DNA from: an uncultured Gammaproteobacteria bacterium
Lineage (GTDB): Bacteria; Patescibacteriota; Microgenomatia; Daviesbacterales; UBA10151
DNA: 64,000 nucleotides
Direction of reading: 5' to 3'
NCBI GenBank assembly: GCA_964459095.1
Contig: CAYWKL010000002.1
Span: 2,858 to 66,857 of the forward strand
The notes under the pieces were generated by a model. It searched no databases, was not told where the DNA came from, and saw nothing but the letters and a program-made list of their open reading frames with translations. How positions within the stretch are numbered: the first letter of the stretch is position 1; the number at the start of each line of letters is the position of its first letter. Made by a program: the position numbers and the translations under genes. Of this stretch, positions 48,844 through 58,709 are shown one piece after another.

Positions 48844-49137
48844 TTAGTTTTCATCTTTCCTCCTCAGCTTCTCTGCGGCAATCAAACATACATTAATCAA
48901 ATCCAATAACTCCTGGTACTGCATCTCCTCAAACTCTTCCTCTTCCTTAAGCCTGCCGTCAGATACTGCTTTTAATGTATCCCTATACCTCCCTCTCCAT
49001 TCATGATACTCCTCCTTTACAAGATTTGCAATGACATCAAAGCTCATGCTCTTCCAGCTGTCCCCTTTCCTCTTCTTGTGCACCATCCACAGGTTATCAG
49101 CGTCTTCCAGCACCTTGTCAAAATTGTTCTCAAACAT
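48844..49137 (-). CDS. Hypothetical. Weak MazG/HisE-like NTP-pyrophosphohydrolase resemblance (EExxE...ELLDLINVCLIAAEKL).
   Basis: Weak motif resemblance. Confidence 0.2.
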   Translation of the reverse strand: MFENNFDKVLEDADNLWMVHKKRKGDSWKSMSFDVIANLVKEEYHEWRGRYRDTLKAVSDGRLKEEEEFEEMQYQELLDLINVCLIAAEKLRRKDEN

Positions 49138-49138
49138 T

Positions 49139-49393
49139 TCAGTTCACCTCTTTCTTAATAAAAACAAATGTTCCCTTTACTTTACCATAATTATATAAAA
49201 TTAGGTAGCCTACATAAACACATATGAAAAATAAGGCAATCACCATATCATAATTTAGATTGTAACCATTTTCTATATCAAATGGCAAAATCCAATTACT
49301 AATCATCCCAATCATAAAAATTGAAAAAATTAGATTAGGCAAAAACCATTCTTTAGGTTCAAATATCTCCTTACTACAATGTGGACATTTCAT
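49139..49393 (-). CDS. Zn-ribbon plus two-TM small protein.
   Basis: ORF track. Confidence 0.4.
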   Translation of the reverse strand: MKCPHCSKEIFEPKEWFLPNLIFSIFMIGMISNWILPFDIENGYNLNYDMVIALFFICVYVGYLILYNYGKVKGTFVFIKKEVN

Positions 49394-49623
49394 CTTTCAT
49401 CCACCTTTTCAAATCTTAAAATTTCCACATCAGAAAGCATTGAACCAACAATATATTTATGTGGTTTCTTAACATAACATGTTTTAGAATTTGACTTCTT
49501 TAAAATATTAATAAAACCTGGCTTAAAACTATCCACATCCAAATTCAAAATATCAAATCCTTTCTTCCTTAACAATCCTACAGCTTCACAATCTTCTTCT
49601 CTAACTACTTCTATACATTTCAT
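49390..49623 (-). CDS. Hypothetical small protein.
   Basis: ORF track. Confidence 0.4.
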   Translation of the reverse strand: MKCIEVVREEDCEAVGLLRKKGFDILNLDVDSFKPGFINILKKSNSKTCYVKKPHKYIVGSMLSDVEILRFEKVDER

Positions 49624-49642
49624 CTTCTTTCACCTCTTCTCT

Positions 49643-49924
49643 TCAACATCGGTCTAACATATGCCCTAATGTTAAAAATACTATAATTGTTCCTATAACC
49701 ATTGATACCCTTGTCCAGATTATAGTCCATTCAAATATTAAATTGTATACCCCTGTTACTATCCAATCTAAGGTTCCAAATAAAATATTCGGAATAATCC
49801 ATACAACCCCCACAACGATAAACCCACATAAAAATAATACCAAAGCACTTAATGGAATCCCAATTATATATATAAAACTTCTAAAAAGCGTTCCCTTCCA
49901 ATCTAAATTCTTATTTATTACCAT
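49643..49924 (-). CDS. Small three-TM membrane protein.
   Basis: ORF track. Confidence 0.45.
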   Translation of the reverse strand: MVINKNLDWKGTLFRSFIYIIGIPLSALVLFLCGFIVVGVVWIIPNILFGTLDWIVTGVYNLIFEWTIIWTRVSMVIGTIIVFLTLGHMLDRC

Positions 49925-50104
49925 CTTTTATTCACCTCAAAATAATCTATCCGTCTACATCTTTGATAGTATACACTAGTATGCCTGTTATTGTCATGCC
50001 CTTTCTGCATCCCTCACAAAATAATCGGATGCTTGTTTGTTTATCTCTTCTGCGGTCAACATCAGTTAATCTAATATTTTCACTTTGACATAACGCACAT
50101 TCTT

Positions 50105-50311
50105 TCATCTTTCAGCCTCAAATTCAACACCAACCAATTTCTCTCCTTTGTATCTAACCCCTATAATCTTTATGTTACCATTCAACTCACTTATTCTTTC
50201 CCATAATATGTCTGGGTCTTTGCAAGTAATTTTAACCACCATTTTCTTTTTCACCTCATCCGCTTTCGCTAAATTCAATAATCTTCCCGCATTGCAGGCA
50301 TTTCCAGTCAA
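50105..50311 (-). CDS. Hypothetical small protein.
   Basis: ORF track. Confidence 0.35.
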   Translation of the reverse strand: MTGNACNAGRLLNLAKADEVKKKMVVKITCKDPDILWERISELNGNIKIIGVRYKGEKLVGVEFEAER

Positions 50312-50472
50312 AATGCGAGAGGCTGTACACCCTAACTCTTTGAGGGAGTACCCTCTCCCTTATTATATGGCTGCAGTCGTTATCTTCTCCCATAATCTAC
50401 CTTTGATTTGTAATACCTAAACTTATATTTAAATCTTTCCATTTTCAAAAACAAAAAGTATTTATACTAGTT

Positions 50473-50916
50473 ATGCTTATAAATAAAAATAATATTATAC
50501 ACGATAAAACGATGAACCATAATTTTGGCATTCACCTGACACTTGATATTGAAAACTGTGACGCCAAAAAACTTGTAGACAACAAACTCATTTACGCCTT
50601 GCTTAATAATCTTCCAGCGCAGTTTTCTATGAATAAGATGACTCTTCCCTACGTTGTGGAATGGAAGGACAAGTTTGCAGACACTCCGGGGATATCGGGA
50701 TTTGTGATGATTGCAGAGTCGCACATAAGCATACACACCTTTCCTGACCAGCGATACGCTTTCGTGGATATCTTCTCGTGCAACCATTTTGACGCCAAAG
50801 GCATGTCCCAAAGGATTATGAGAGAGCTTGGCTCCAGCAAGGCCGAGAAGCACGTGATAGAGCGCGGGAAGAACTTTGAAAGAAATATTGCTTCTCCTCC
50901 TGAAATACTTGTGTAA
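50473..50916 (+). CDS. speH: S-adenosylmethionine decarboxylase proenzyme, pyruvoyl-dependent class 1b (SpeH/SpeD-like; an arginine-decarboxylase paralog cannot be excluded). Carries the self-cleavage site in IAESHISIHTFPD and the VDIFSC motif.
   Basis: Strong family signature. A more likely start is ATG 50512 (MNHNFGIHL...) with a TATA-like cttataaata about 27 nt upstream. This is a lone plus-strand gene inside the minus-strand block and is visibly GC-richer than the flanks. Confidence 0.85.
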   Translation: MLINKNNIIHDKTMNHNFGIHLTLDIENCDAKKLVDNKLIYALLNNLPAQFSMNKMTLPYVVEWKDKFADTPGISGFVMIAESHISIHTFPDQRYAFVDIFSCNHFDAKGMSQRIMRELGSSKAEKHVIERGKNFERNIASPPEILV

Positions 50917-50926
50917 TAAACCAAAA

Positions 50927-51190
50927 TTATTTTTTTGCACGACCATGCAACGCGCATTTATACAAAATTCTTGCTTCCTTTTGGTTCAAATTCAATATTG
51001 ATGTAATCTCTGCAAAATCCTTCTTCTCGATATCTCTTAATTGGATGATTGTGTTCTTCAATTCTTGGCTCCACTTTGTATGATGTTTATGGGTTTTCCT
51101 ACTCTCTTTCAACTCCCTCTTAAGATTGACAATAATTCTCCTTAACATTTTATTCTCCTGCTTCAACTCTTTAATCAATAATTTGTTCAT
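50927..51190 (-). CDS. Small basic protein with a C-terminal HTH-like segment (FAEITSILNLNQKEARILYKCAL).
   Basis: Motif resemblance. Confidence 0.35.
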   Translation of the reverse strand: MNKLLIKELKQENKMLRRIIVNLKRELKESRKTHKHHTKWSQELKNTIIQLRDIEKKDFAEITSILNLNQKEARILYKCALHGRAKK

Positions 51191-51214
51191 TTTTCCTCCT
51201 CATATATCTGTAAT

Positions 51215-51460
51215 CTAAGTTCGGTTTTTGGATAGCAACTTCTTTATGTCTATCTCAAATGCCGAATAACTGAAAAATAATTCTGGATATTTTTCCCTCA
51301 ACATTCTGAATTCTGCTTGTGCATCGTCCTCTACTATTTGTAAATGGTTCCACTCTTCAGCATGCGCTCTCCTGAAATGCGCTTTAGCACTATCCTTAAA
51401 CTTATATTCCCCATTCGCCCTTATCACTGTTCCACAACTGCAAGTTTGTTCATATATCAT
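51215..51460 (-). CDS. Hypothetical small protein.
   Basis: ORF track. Confidence 0.4.
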   Translation of the reverse strand: MIYEQTCSCGTVIRANGEYKFKDSAKAHFRRAHAEEWNHLQIVEDDAQAEFRMLREKYPELFFSYSAFEIDIKKLLSKNRT

Positions 51461-51463
51461 CCT

Positions 51464-51922
51464 TCACCTCCACTCCACCAATGGCTTCCATTTTATTAAA
51501 CCGTAATTGAATGTCGTGCTGTTCAAGTAGCTTCTGATATCAAAGTCAGGGTTTCCGATAAACGAGTTAACCATCATGATATCTTGGCCTTCCTTGATTT
51601 CCTGCCTGAACACAAACAGCCTGCCATCCTCGGAAACCAAATCCGGATAGAACTCCACCTTATCCCTGAACTCGCACTTAAAGAATCTTATTTCCATCTC
51701 GTCTTTATCTATAACATTAATCAAATCAAGTATTCTGCCCCAGTCCAATCCAAGGTGCACGGACTTAAATAGTTTCTCCTCTTCCAGATTTCCGCTCTTC
51801 AGAACCTTAAAGTTATTCCTGATGCTGTTCTTCAAATCCAGCGTTTTGCCGTAGTCCACCCTAAACTGCTTCATATTAATCCTGCATGCAGCTACTACAT
51901 CTCCTATTATCTTAATTTCCAT
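51464..51922 (-). CDS. Hypothetical protein.
   Basis: ORF track. Confidence 0.45.
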   Translation of the reverse strand: MEIKIIGDVVAACRINMKQFRVDYGKTLDLKNSIRNNFKVLKSGNLEEEKLFKSVHLGLDWGRILDLINVIDKDEMEIRFFKCEFRDKVEFYPDLVSEDGRLFVFRQEIKEGQDIMMVNSFIGNPDFDIRSYLNSTTFNYGLIKWKPLVEWR

Positions 51923-51949
51923 TGTTGGTACCTCACTCCTCTAATTGTC

Positions 51950-52150
51950 CTATTGCTTAATAGCCGATTGATTTTTTCGGCTATTATGTTTAGTGAGATT
52001 TTCTATCTTTTGTATTGCTTCTTTTTCAATTTGACACAATTTACAATTAGGGTCATTTCCAACATGAGGAACAAACTCTTCACCTTCAGATTCATGATAA
52101 CTCTCATTCCAAAAATCCCTTAATATTTGTCTTGCTTCTTTTATGTTCAT
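51950..52150 (-). CDS. Hypothetical small protein.
   Basis: ORF track. Confidence 0.35.
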   Translation of the reverse strand: MNIKEARQILRDFWNESYHESEGEEFVPHVGNDPNCKLCQIEKEAIQKIENLTKHNSRKNQSAIKQ

Positions 52151-52152
52151 AT

Positions 52153-52425
52153 TTAATCCACCTCTTTATATTCCAACTTAGGATAATAAACAATTACTCT
52201 CCTTCCCATATTATCCGTTCTTGCGCCTTTCAGCCCTTTTGCAGCCGCAACCTCAATACATTCAGTTGCGTCTTCACAAACAATACCCCAGCACTCTTTA
52301 TCATCCATCCCTCTTCCACTATATCCCTCTCTAACATCGCCGCCAATCTCATCAGCAGTTTCTTTTAATGCTTCAATCATATCTTCTTGTTCCATAACAA
52401 CCTCCTTCCCTTTACTTCTTCCCAC
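52153..52425 (-). CDS. Small acidic protein.
   Basis: ORF track. Confidence 0.4.
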   Translation of the reverse strand: MGRSKGKEVVMEQEDMIEALKETADEIGGDVREGYSGRGMDDKECWGIVCEDATECIEVAAAKGLKGARTDNMGRRVIVYYPKLEYKEVD

Positions 52426-52694
52426 ATCACATCATTCTTTATGATTATTTTAGCCTCATCAATTGTGTTGGTTAAATCTACATCTATCTTTCCATACCTC
52501 ACCCATTCATACAAATCACCCTTATTTAAAAAGGCAACATAACCGCCACCTTCCATCTGTATAAGAATGCTCCTCTTGCCATAAGTAAGCTTGGCAACCT
52601 TGCCATCAAGTTGCTCCCCCTCAAAATAATAAACATCAACTTCTCCTATTAATCTGCTTACAACTTTCCTCTTCAGTCTTTCAGCTGCATTCAT
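52377..52694 (-). CDS. Hypothetical protein.
   Basis: ORF track. Confidence 0.4.
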   Translation of the reverse strand: MNAAERLKRKVVSRLIGEVDVYYFEGEQLDGKVAKLTYGKRSILIQMEGGGYVAFLNKGDLYEWVRYGKIDVDLTNTIDEAKIIIKNDVMWEEVKGRRLLWNKKI

Positions 52695-52978
52695 TTCATT
52701 TCTAATTTCTTCTGAGCAACTTCTACAACTTTATTCACATTCTTCTCTGTGTTGTTATTCCTGTGTTTCTGCTCCTTCATCTTCTTCAAAATATTATACA
52801 GCCCAGTAGTATTAAGGCAATCAACACAGATATCAAACTCTTCCCTAAAGATGGTTGTGGATACTTTCTTCCCTGTCCTTATTATAATATCCGTATTTAT
52901 GTGCCCTGCGTGCATCTGGCTTCCACTTTCACATACCTTCCCGCACAAATCACAAATTTTAATGTACAGGTGTGTCAT
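52691..52978 (-). CDS. Zn-ribbon protein.
   Basis: ORF track. Confidence 0.45.
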   Translation of the reverse strand: MTHLYIKICDLCGKVCESGSQMHAGHINTDIIIRTGKKVSTTIFREEFDICVDCLNTTGLYNILKKMKEQKHRNNNTEKNVNKVVEVAQKKLEMK

Positions 52979-52985
52979 TATTTCC

Positions 52986-53366
52986 TCACCTCTTTAATTT
53001 TATTGAATTTGAAATATTAAAAATATATTCCACCCTTTGGCAAGTGGTATGGTCTTTCACATCACCATAAAGGATATTACTTATCTCTTCAGTAAGATTG
53101 TCGCTTGAAGTCAGATAATCTACAGTTAAATCTTCTGGGAATACATCAAGGACAACAAAATCCTTGTAGCTGTCCTTATCTCTTTCAATCCACCCATAAA
53201 ATCTTAGCCTTCTTTGTTTGTTGTAAACAGTATCAACAAACCTGTCCCAATAAACAAAATTTAAATCACTCAGGCATCTCTTAACAAAATCATACTGCTC
53301 TTTTGTAAGAATGTTCATTCCTTGACCAACTCCGGATTCTCGTAAATGTTGCCAATTACTTTCCAA
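52986..53366 (-). CDS. Hypothetical protein.
   Basis: ORF track. Confidence 0.45.
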   Translation of the reverse strand: MESNWQHLRESGVGQGMNILTKEQYDFVKRCLSDLNFVYWDRFVDTVYNKQRRLRFYGWIERDKDSYKDFVVLDVFPEDLTVDYLTSSDNLTEEISNILYGDVKDHTTCQRVEYIFNISNSIKLKR

Positions 53367-53683
53367 TAGTTTGCAATTTCTGATAACCTACCAGATATAT
53401 GTTCTGGGTCATCGTTTACATTATTATAGCACCATCCATCTCTATACCACAAAACATAAAATAAAATCCCTGATGGGCTTTTAAAAATATCACCATCATA
53501 AACTTCTTTTTCATTCCTGTCCTTTAATCCAGTAAATTGTATAAGAATTAAATCTTTGTCTTCTTCAAAATCTCCGTTGTCATCATATATCCCAACTTTA
53601 CCATCCCATATAATATATCTATTACAACTATATTCTATTCTATTGTTTCGTTTATCCCAAGCCCTGAACTTAATTTCTCTCAT
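53315..53683 (-). CDS. YopX-family phage protein (MREIKFRAWDK ... IGNIYENPELVKE).
   Basis: N- and C-terminal YopX signatures. Paralog of 63311..63640. Confidence 0.75.
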   Translation of the reverse strand: MREIKFRAWDKRNNRIEYSCNRYIIWDGKVGIYDDNGDFEEDKDLILIQFTGLKDRNEKEVYDGDIFKSPSGILFYVLWYRDGWCYNNVNDDPEHISGRLSEIANYWKVIGNIYENPELVKE

Positions 53684-53943
53684 CCTCTTAACCTCTCAAT
53701 CACTTTCTCCTTTATATATTCATCAACATTCCTTTTAACACCGGGATATAAATTGTCAACTTGATTTAGTAATTCTTCTATAACATCTTTACCTAAATCC
53801 GCATCATGCAGGGCATCCACCCATTGTTCAGTTGTTAGATAACCCAACAAATAAACCAAAGTTAAGTTATCAGTTTCTATGTTCATTGTTTCAGCCTCAA
53901 TACAACTAATATCTTGTTTACTTTGTTTAAATCCAAAAACCAT
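53680..53943 (-). CDS. Hypothetical small protein.
   Basis: ORF track. Confidence 0.4.
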   Translation of the reverse strand: MVFGFKQSKQDISCIEAETMNIETDNLTLVYLLGYLTTEQWVDALHDADLGKDVIEELLNQVDNLYPGVKRNVDEYIKEKVIERLRG

Positions 53944-54209
53944 TTCAATGACCTATACCTCCCTCTGTAAAAATCTTCCACATCTTTCAACACCTTGCCA
54001 AACTCAACTAAACTTAAATCTTTAAATGTTGTAAATCCATGCATATTATGTACTGGAAGTATACTATCCATATCAAAGAATAGTTGTCCATTATACTTGT
54101 AGTCCTCTATATGTAAGACTCCTCTGCTGTTCTCAACATCTGCATATATCTTCCAGTTCTTCTGGGATTTTGCCTTTCCACGAATCCGGTAATGACCAAT
54201 CTCTTCCAT
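53883..54209 (-). CDS. Hypothetical protein.
   Basis: ORF track. Confidence 0.4.
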   Translation of the reverse strand: MEEIGHYRIRGKAKSQKNWKIYADVENSRGVLHIEDYKYNGQLFFDMDSILPVHNMHGFTTFKDLSLVEFGKVLKDVEDFYRGRYRSLKWFLDLNKVNKILVVLRLKQ

Positions 54210-54616
54210 TACTTAGTCAGCCTCTTTAAAGTCTCCTCCTTAATCAGCTCATTGAAAAACTTCTCCTGCGCCATCAGCACATCCTTGACTTTCTTCTTTG
54301 GCAGATGGGTCTTGTGTATAATATAAATCTCCAATACCTCCTTATTCAATCCACTACCCTTCTATAAATCAAAGGCATCCTTAATCGCCTTCAGCTGGTG
54401 GTTTAAGGTATCTATCCTTCCGTTGGTCATCATTCCTCCATAAACATTACTATCACTATAGATATAAAATATATTACTATGAACATCCTACCCCAAATTG
54501 TTAACATAGGGTTCCACCATTCCAGCAATAAAAACGAAATTATCAAATAAACAAATCCACCTAAAATAGATATTGCAAGCCCATACCCTACTCCCATTTT
54601 GTTCAACCTCCTCTAT

Positions 54617-54802
54617 TCATAAACTCTTACCCTCTTTCTTAACCTCAACATCAAAAACTATATTAACAACCCCCTTACCCTCTTTTATTGTTATCTTGTT
54701 TATGACTACAACACCCACACCCCAGCTGTTCTGCATTTTAAAAAAGTCTGCGAGATAATCACAGGCTCTCTCATCCAGCATAATCTCTTTTTCTTGCGTC
54801 AT
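54617..54802 (-). CDS. Hypothetical small protein.
   Basis: ORF track. Confidence 0.35.
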   Translation of the reverse strand: MTQEKEIMLDERACDYLADFFKMQNSWGVGVVVINKITIKEGKGVVNIVFDVEVKKEGKSL

Positions 54803-54910
54803 GGCTAATCATCCTCGTCATACTTTTCCAAATCTTCATCCTCATCATCTGTCTTGCTGTCATCAAATTCTTCATCATCCAACTTTAACATATTACATCA
54901 CCTCCTTCTT

Positions 54911-55369
54911 TTAGTTGCTAATCCTCGGCGCTAATATTATTATCATCTCGGCTGTTTCTACATACAAAGGATAATCCTTTCTGAACTTAAATATTACCTC
55001 ATCTGATTTTGTGTTGGTGCACAACTTCAAAATTAATTTTATATATTCCTTAGATAACCTAACAGAATTCTCATCAAACTTGCTTGTTGTGCCTTCCAAC
55101 CTTGCAAATACTTTAATCTTATCTTGGTTACCTTCTATAAAATGTATACCATAACTTAAATTTGGAATTTTATTAACTGGGTTAAAATTAAAGTTCTGCT
55201 CTATCATATCCCTAATCCCCCTAAGTTTAGGGATAACCATCATAACATTAGCAGGGTCATTATAACCAACATATTCTTCTTTCGGAATAACCTCCTCGTT
55301 AATTATCTTAGGCATAAATATATTCTGAAAATCCCTTATCAACTCAAACCTGTCTTTCTTTGTTGTCAT
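54911..55369 (-). CDS. Hypothetical protein.
   Basis: ORF track. Confidence 0.45.
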   Translation of the reverse strand: MTTKKDRFELIRDFQNIFMPKIINEEVIPKEEYVGYNDPANVMMVIPKLRGIRDMIEQNFNFNPVNKIPNLSYGIHFIEGNQDKIKVFARLEGTTSKFDENSVRLSKEYIKLILKLCTNTKSDEVIFKFRKDYPLYVETAEMIIILAPRISN

Positions 55370-55746
55370 CCTTTCAGCCTCGTTATAACAAGCTGCTTAA
55401 ATATCTCGTGCTTTAACTTTTCCCTTGATGTAATGTTCAACTCAACCAGTTCGCATTTCTGCGGGTTTAAAATCATCTCCAGTATAAACCTTAAATCATC
55501 TTCTGATTTCGGGATGTACAAAGGAATACTCTTCCTGTTAAAACTTAGGTTGCCCCATCCATCCTTAGTCTCTTTCTTCATCATAAATAAAATAATATTA
55601 TCCTCATCCTTGTGAAACCTAAACATATTTCCTTTTGTAGAGTTTCCTATATATATAAAATTTTTATACTTCCCATACCCTAATCTATAAAATAATTTGT
55701 ATTTCTTGTTGTTATCATAAAAATATCCTAATGTTGACTTAGCCAT
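55366..55746 (-). CDS. Hypothetical protein.
   Basis: ORF track. Confidence 0.45.
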   Translation of the reverse strand: MAKSTLGYFYDNNKKYKLFYRLGYGKYKNFIYIGNSTKGNMFRFHKDEDNIILFMMKKETKDGWGNLSFNRKSIPLYIPKSEDDLRFILEMILNPQKCELVELNITSREKLKHEIFKQLVITRLKG

Positions 55747-56000
55747 CAGCTCAGCCTCTGTATCACCCTGTCTTTAGTCTTGCTTCTCAACCTGTTCAAC
55801 ACCTTGTTAATCAATGAAAGCCTTAACTTATGCATACTTCTTCTGCCTACCAATAAGCCCTCTCCACATCTTAGACAATAGGTTAAGAAACTTGAACCTC
55901 CCCTCTGCTCCTCTATCTTGTATGTTTTGGCAGGCACTTCTTTGCCGCATTTGCACTTAAAACCCTTAGGACTCTTCACACATCTATACATATCTGTCAT
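55746..56000 (-). CDS. Zn-ribbon protein.
   Basis: ORF track. Confidence 0.45.
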   Translation of the reverse strand: MTDMYRCVKSPKGFKCKCGKEVPAKTYKIEEQRGGSSFLTYCLRCGEGLLVGRRSMHKLRLSLINKVLNRLRSKTKDRVIQRLS

Positions 56001-56145
56001 TACAATCCTCCACTAATAATCTCCTGGTATACTTTCCAGCAATTATCACACACACTTCCTAAATCAGGAATGGTTCCAGCTATGCTTGTCGGCTCCATAT
56101 GCTTCCTGCACTTTGCGCAGGTTCTATCAAATTCCATATTCTTAA

Positions 56146-56367
56146 TCACCTCTTCAGCCTTTCCAATACCAACTTCTTAGGAAACTTGCTCTTTAACATA
56201 CTTAGGAATACCTCCAATTCATCTATCTCTTCCTTTATCCTGAAATATCCGCAGGGGATGCAGTAATTACTGCCACCAAAATTAACTCTCAAAGAACCTT
56301 CACTAAAAAGCAATTGCTTGCATTCATGGCAATTGTGTGTGCGCTTCACTTTCTCAAGATTAGCCAT
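56146..56367 (-). CDS. Zn-ribbon protein.
   Basis: ORF track. Confidence 0.45.
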   Translation of the reverse strand: MANLEKVKRTHNCHECKQLLFSEGSLRVNFGGSNYCIPCGYFRIKEEIDELEVFLSMLKSKFPKKLVLERLKR

Positions 56368-56836
56368 TCTTCCTCTTCATTCCCTTAATCTTATCTTTCA
56401 GCCAATCAAATATAGAATATTTATACAACCAGATTTCTCTCGGAACTTTAGTGCAGTTAGCAATTATCTTCTGGACTTCCTCAACTGCATACTTGCTGTA
56501 GGATTCCTTGTTGGTAAACCTTGCGACGATAAACCCTTTCTTGACAGCATACCTCCACTTGATATAACCCTTAGCTGCCCTCTCTTCTAATTTATGAATT
56601 TCTCCATCAACCTCTATAAGTATCGGATAAGCTAAAATTTTAATATCAAATTCGTAGTCTCCAACCCTGAACTGCGGAATCACTGCTATGCCTGCTTTAA
56701 TCAAGTTATTTCCAAAAGCATTCTCAGAGGGAGTAACAGTATTCTCCCGGTTAACCAGCTCACCGGATTTTGCCAGCTGCCTCTTGATGTCGTCATAAGA
56801 CATCTTCTTCTTCAGCAATTCGGTTACTTCTTCCAT
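56360..56836 (-). CDS. DUF559/Vsr-like PD-(D/E)xK endonuclease-domain protein (YEFDIKILAYPILIEVDGEIH).
   Basis: Motif resemblance. Second such domain in the window. Confidence 0.45.
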   Translation of the reverse strand: MEEVTELLKKKMSYDDIKRQLAKSGELVNRENTVTPSENAFGNNLIKAGIAVIPQFRVGDYEFDIKILAYPILIEVDGEIHKLEERAAKGYIKWRYAVKKGFIVARFTNKESYSKYAVEEVQKIIANCTKVPREIWLYKYSIFDWLKDKIKGMKRKNG

Positions 56837-57156
56837 TATGAACCTTTCTTTAAAATTACATCTTTCATCTTGTCAAGATTATTAATAACATCTTCTGCAA
56901 CAGCAATCATTCCTTCAAACTTATCAGCATATTCCTGATTTACAGGTTCTGTTGTCTCTAATTTGTTAACCTTTTGCCTTAGTGCATCCTGCAAAATATT
57001 AATCTCGTCAATAACACTATCCGAAGGAATCCATTTCTTCCCCTTGAATTCAGTATAATCTTCTGACAACCAAGTTTGCCTATCATCATCATAAGTTTGG
57101 CAATTATCAAATAACCTAATTAGTTCATCACTAATTTCCTCACTTGTTCTCATCAT
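56836..57156 (-). CDS. Hypothetical acidic protein.
   Basis: ORF track. Confidence 0.4.
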   Translation of the reverse strand: MMRTSEEISDELIRLFDNCQTYDDDRQTWLSEDYTEFKGKKWIPSDSVIDEINILQDALRQKVNKLETTEPVNQEYADKFEGMIAVAEDVINNLDKMKDVILKKGS

Positions 57157-57402
57157 ATCACCACCTCAAATTAAAGTGAAAGGCAATCTTGCAAGGCACA
57201 TCCAAAGATAATTAGGTGGGTTTGTTTAATGATTGGCCCATTATCTCGCTTCAACCTTTTGCATTGTCTTCCACAATAAACAGTAATACCTAAACTTGTA
57301 TAAATACTTTGTTAATAAGGAACTTGCGAGGCTGGGCAGAATTCTCATATAAAACGTTGGGGAACGGTTATGAAAAATCAGAATCCCAATCCTGTCGCAT
57401 CC

Positions 57403-57594
57403 TTATTCCTCTTCTTCCTCCCAGTCATAATCTTCAGGAAACTCTCCAGGTTCCATAGTAAATCCTTCTACTGCATTCTCCCATGCTTCGTCTGGATTAT
57501 GACCATATCCGCTAAGCTCCAGCTTGAATATGTACCTTCCATACTCCTGACCTTTCAACCGTCTTATAACCTTTGCTTTGTCTGATTCAATCAT
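57403..57594 (-). CDS. Small acidic protein.
   Basis: ORF track. Confidence 0.35.
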   Translation of the reverse strand: MIESDKAKVIRRLKGQEYGRYIFKLELSGYGHNPDEAWENAVEGFTMEPGEFPEDYDWEEEEE

Positions 57595-57832
57595 ATTTAA
57601 AATTTCCTAGTTCTTCTAATTGTTCAATATGTTCAAAAACAATATGATTTATCAACCTTACACAAACTTGGCATAAATCTGGCTGTTTGTTAAACCCACC
57701 ATTATTAAATAAATCATCTGTCTCTTTTGCCCACAAATATCCAGGGTATTCCTCAAAGTTATGAAACTCCATAATCTCTTTTTTATTTCTTCTGCATACA
57801 TAACATCTTCTTTCTTCCATCTTCTTACTCAT
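57587..57832 (-). CDS. Zn-ribbon protein.
   Basis: ORF track. Confidence 0.4.
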   Translation of the reverse strand: MSKKMEERRCYVCRRNKKEIMEFHNFEEYPGYLWAKETDDLFNNGGFNKQPDLCQVCVRLINHIVFEHIEQLEELGNFKYD

Positions 57833-58709
57833 TCATCTTCACTTTCATTCCAAACGGCACCCAATTAGGGTTTCCAATATCCTTTCTGATATATTCAATA
57901 AATTCATCTTCTGATAAATCTTGTTTGCTAGAATTATGAGATAAACAAGCAGGGACTATATTCTTAACGACAGTCTTTCCATTCTTATTAACAGATATCA
58001 AGTGGTCCATAGTTAACTCTTGAGTTTTTATAAATCCTTCTTCATGTCGTTTATATAACTTACATCCACAATAATAACATCTACCCTCATACTTATTCAA
58101 AATAGTTTTCCATTCCTCTTCATCAAAGTTAAGCTTAACCTCTTTAGCCCTTCGTTTAGCCTCATATAACACTAATTTAAATTTATTTTTTTGTTTCCAC
58201 CTTCTATTTATCTCCGAGTGTTTATCTTTATTATTTCTCTTCCACTCTCTCAATCGTTTAAGTTCCTTATCTCTATGCTTATTTATCCAATTAATGTATC
58301 CAATTTTTCTCCTTATTGGATTATTCTTAAGATATTCTCTTGATTTTTGATACATCACATCCCTATTCTTAAGATAATAATTTTTGTGTAATATACTAAA
58401 TTTATATTTCCTAATATAATTCATAGCACTCGTCCTAAAATGTTTTCTCTTATTAATCTCCTTACATAACAAACTTCCACATTTGTCGTTGCTATATCTT
58501 ACTTTAAATGGATATCCGCACTCTTGACACAATTTTATTGTTGATAATTTATGTTCCCTATAATACTGCTTATACTCATCTATATTTAAATAATATAATT
58601 GCTTCCTTCTATCCAAAATAGATAACTCCCTACATAATTTACTTCCAAACATCTCAAAAGGATGTTGTTGAATAAACTGCTGACCACATCGCCTGCATTC
58701 TTTAATCAT
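57825..58709 (-). CDS. HNH endonuclease with N-terminal Zn ribbons (CYYCGCKL...LTMDHLISVNKNGKTVVKNIVPACLSHNSSK).
   Basis: HNH motif. Confidence 0.65.
   Translation of the reverse strand: MIKECRRCGQQFIQQHPFEMFGSKLCRELSILDRRKQLYYLNIDEYKQYYREHKLSTIKLCQECGYPFKVRYSNDKCGSLLCKEINKRKHFRTSAMNYIRKYKFSILHKNYYLKNRDVMYQKSREYLKNNPIRRKIGYINWINKHRDKELKRLREWKRNNKDKHSEINRRWKQKNKFKLVLYEAKRRAKEVKLNFDEEEWKTILNKYEGRCYYCGCKLYKRHEEGFIKTQELTMDHLISVNKNGKTVVKNIVPACLSHNSSKQDLSEDEFIEYIRKDIGNPNWVPFGMKVKMNE

Noticed and set aside
48844-49137. MazG-like pyrophosphatase call.
   Set aside because: The resemblance is limited to a single acidic helix, so it is kept only as a hypothetical gene with a low-confidence note.
50467-50957. 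Minus-strand ORFs 50467..50946 and 50649..50957 overlapping speH.
   Set aside because: They are antisense artefacts of the GC-richer speH coding sequence. The speH frame carries the diagnostic motifs.
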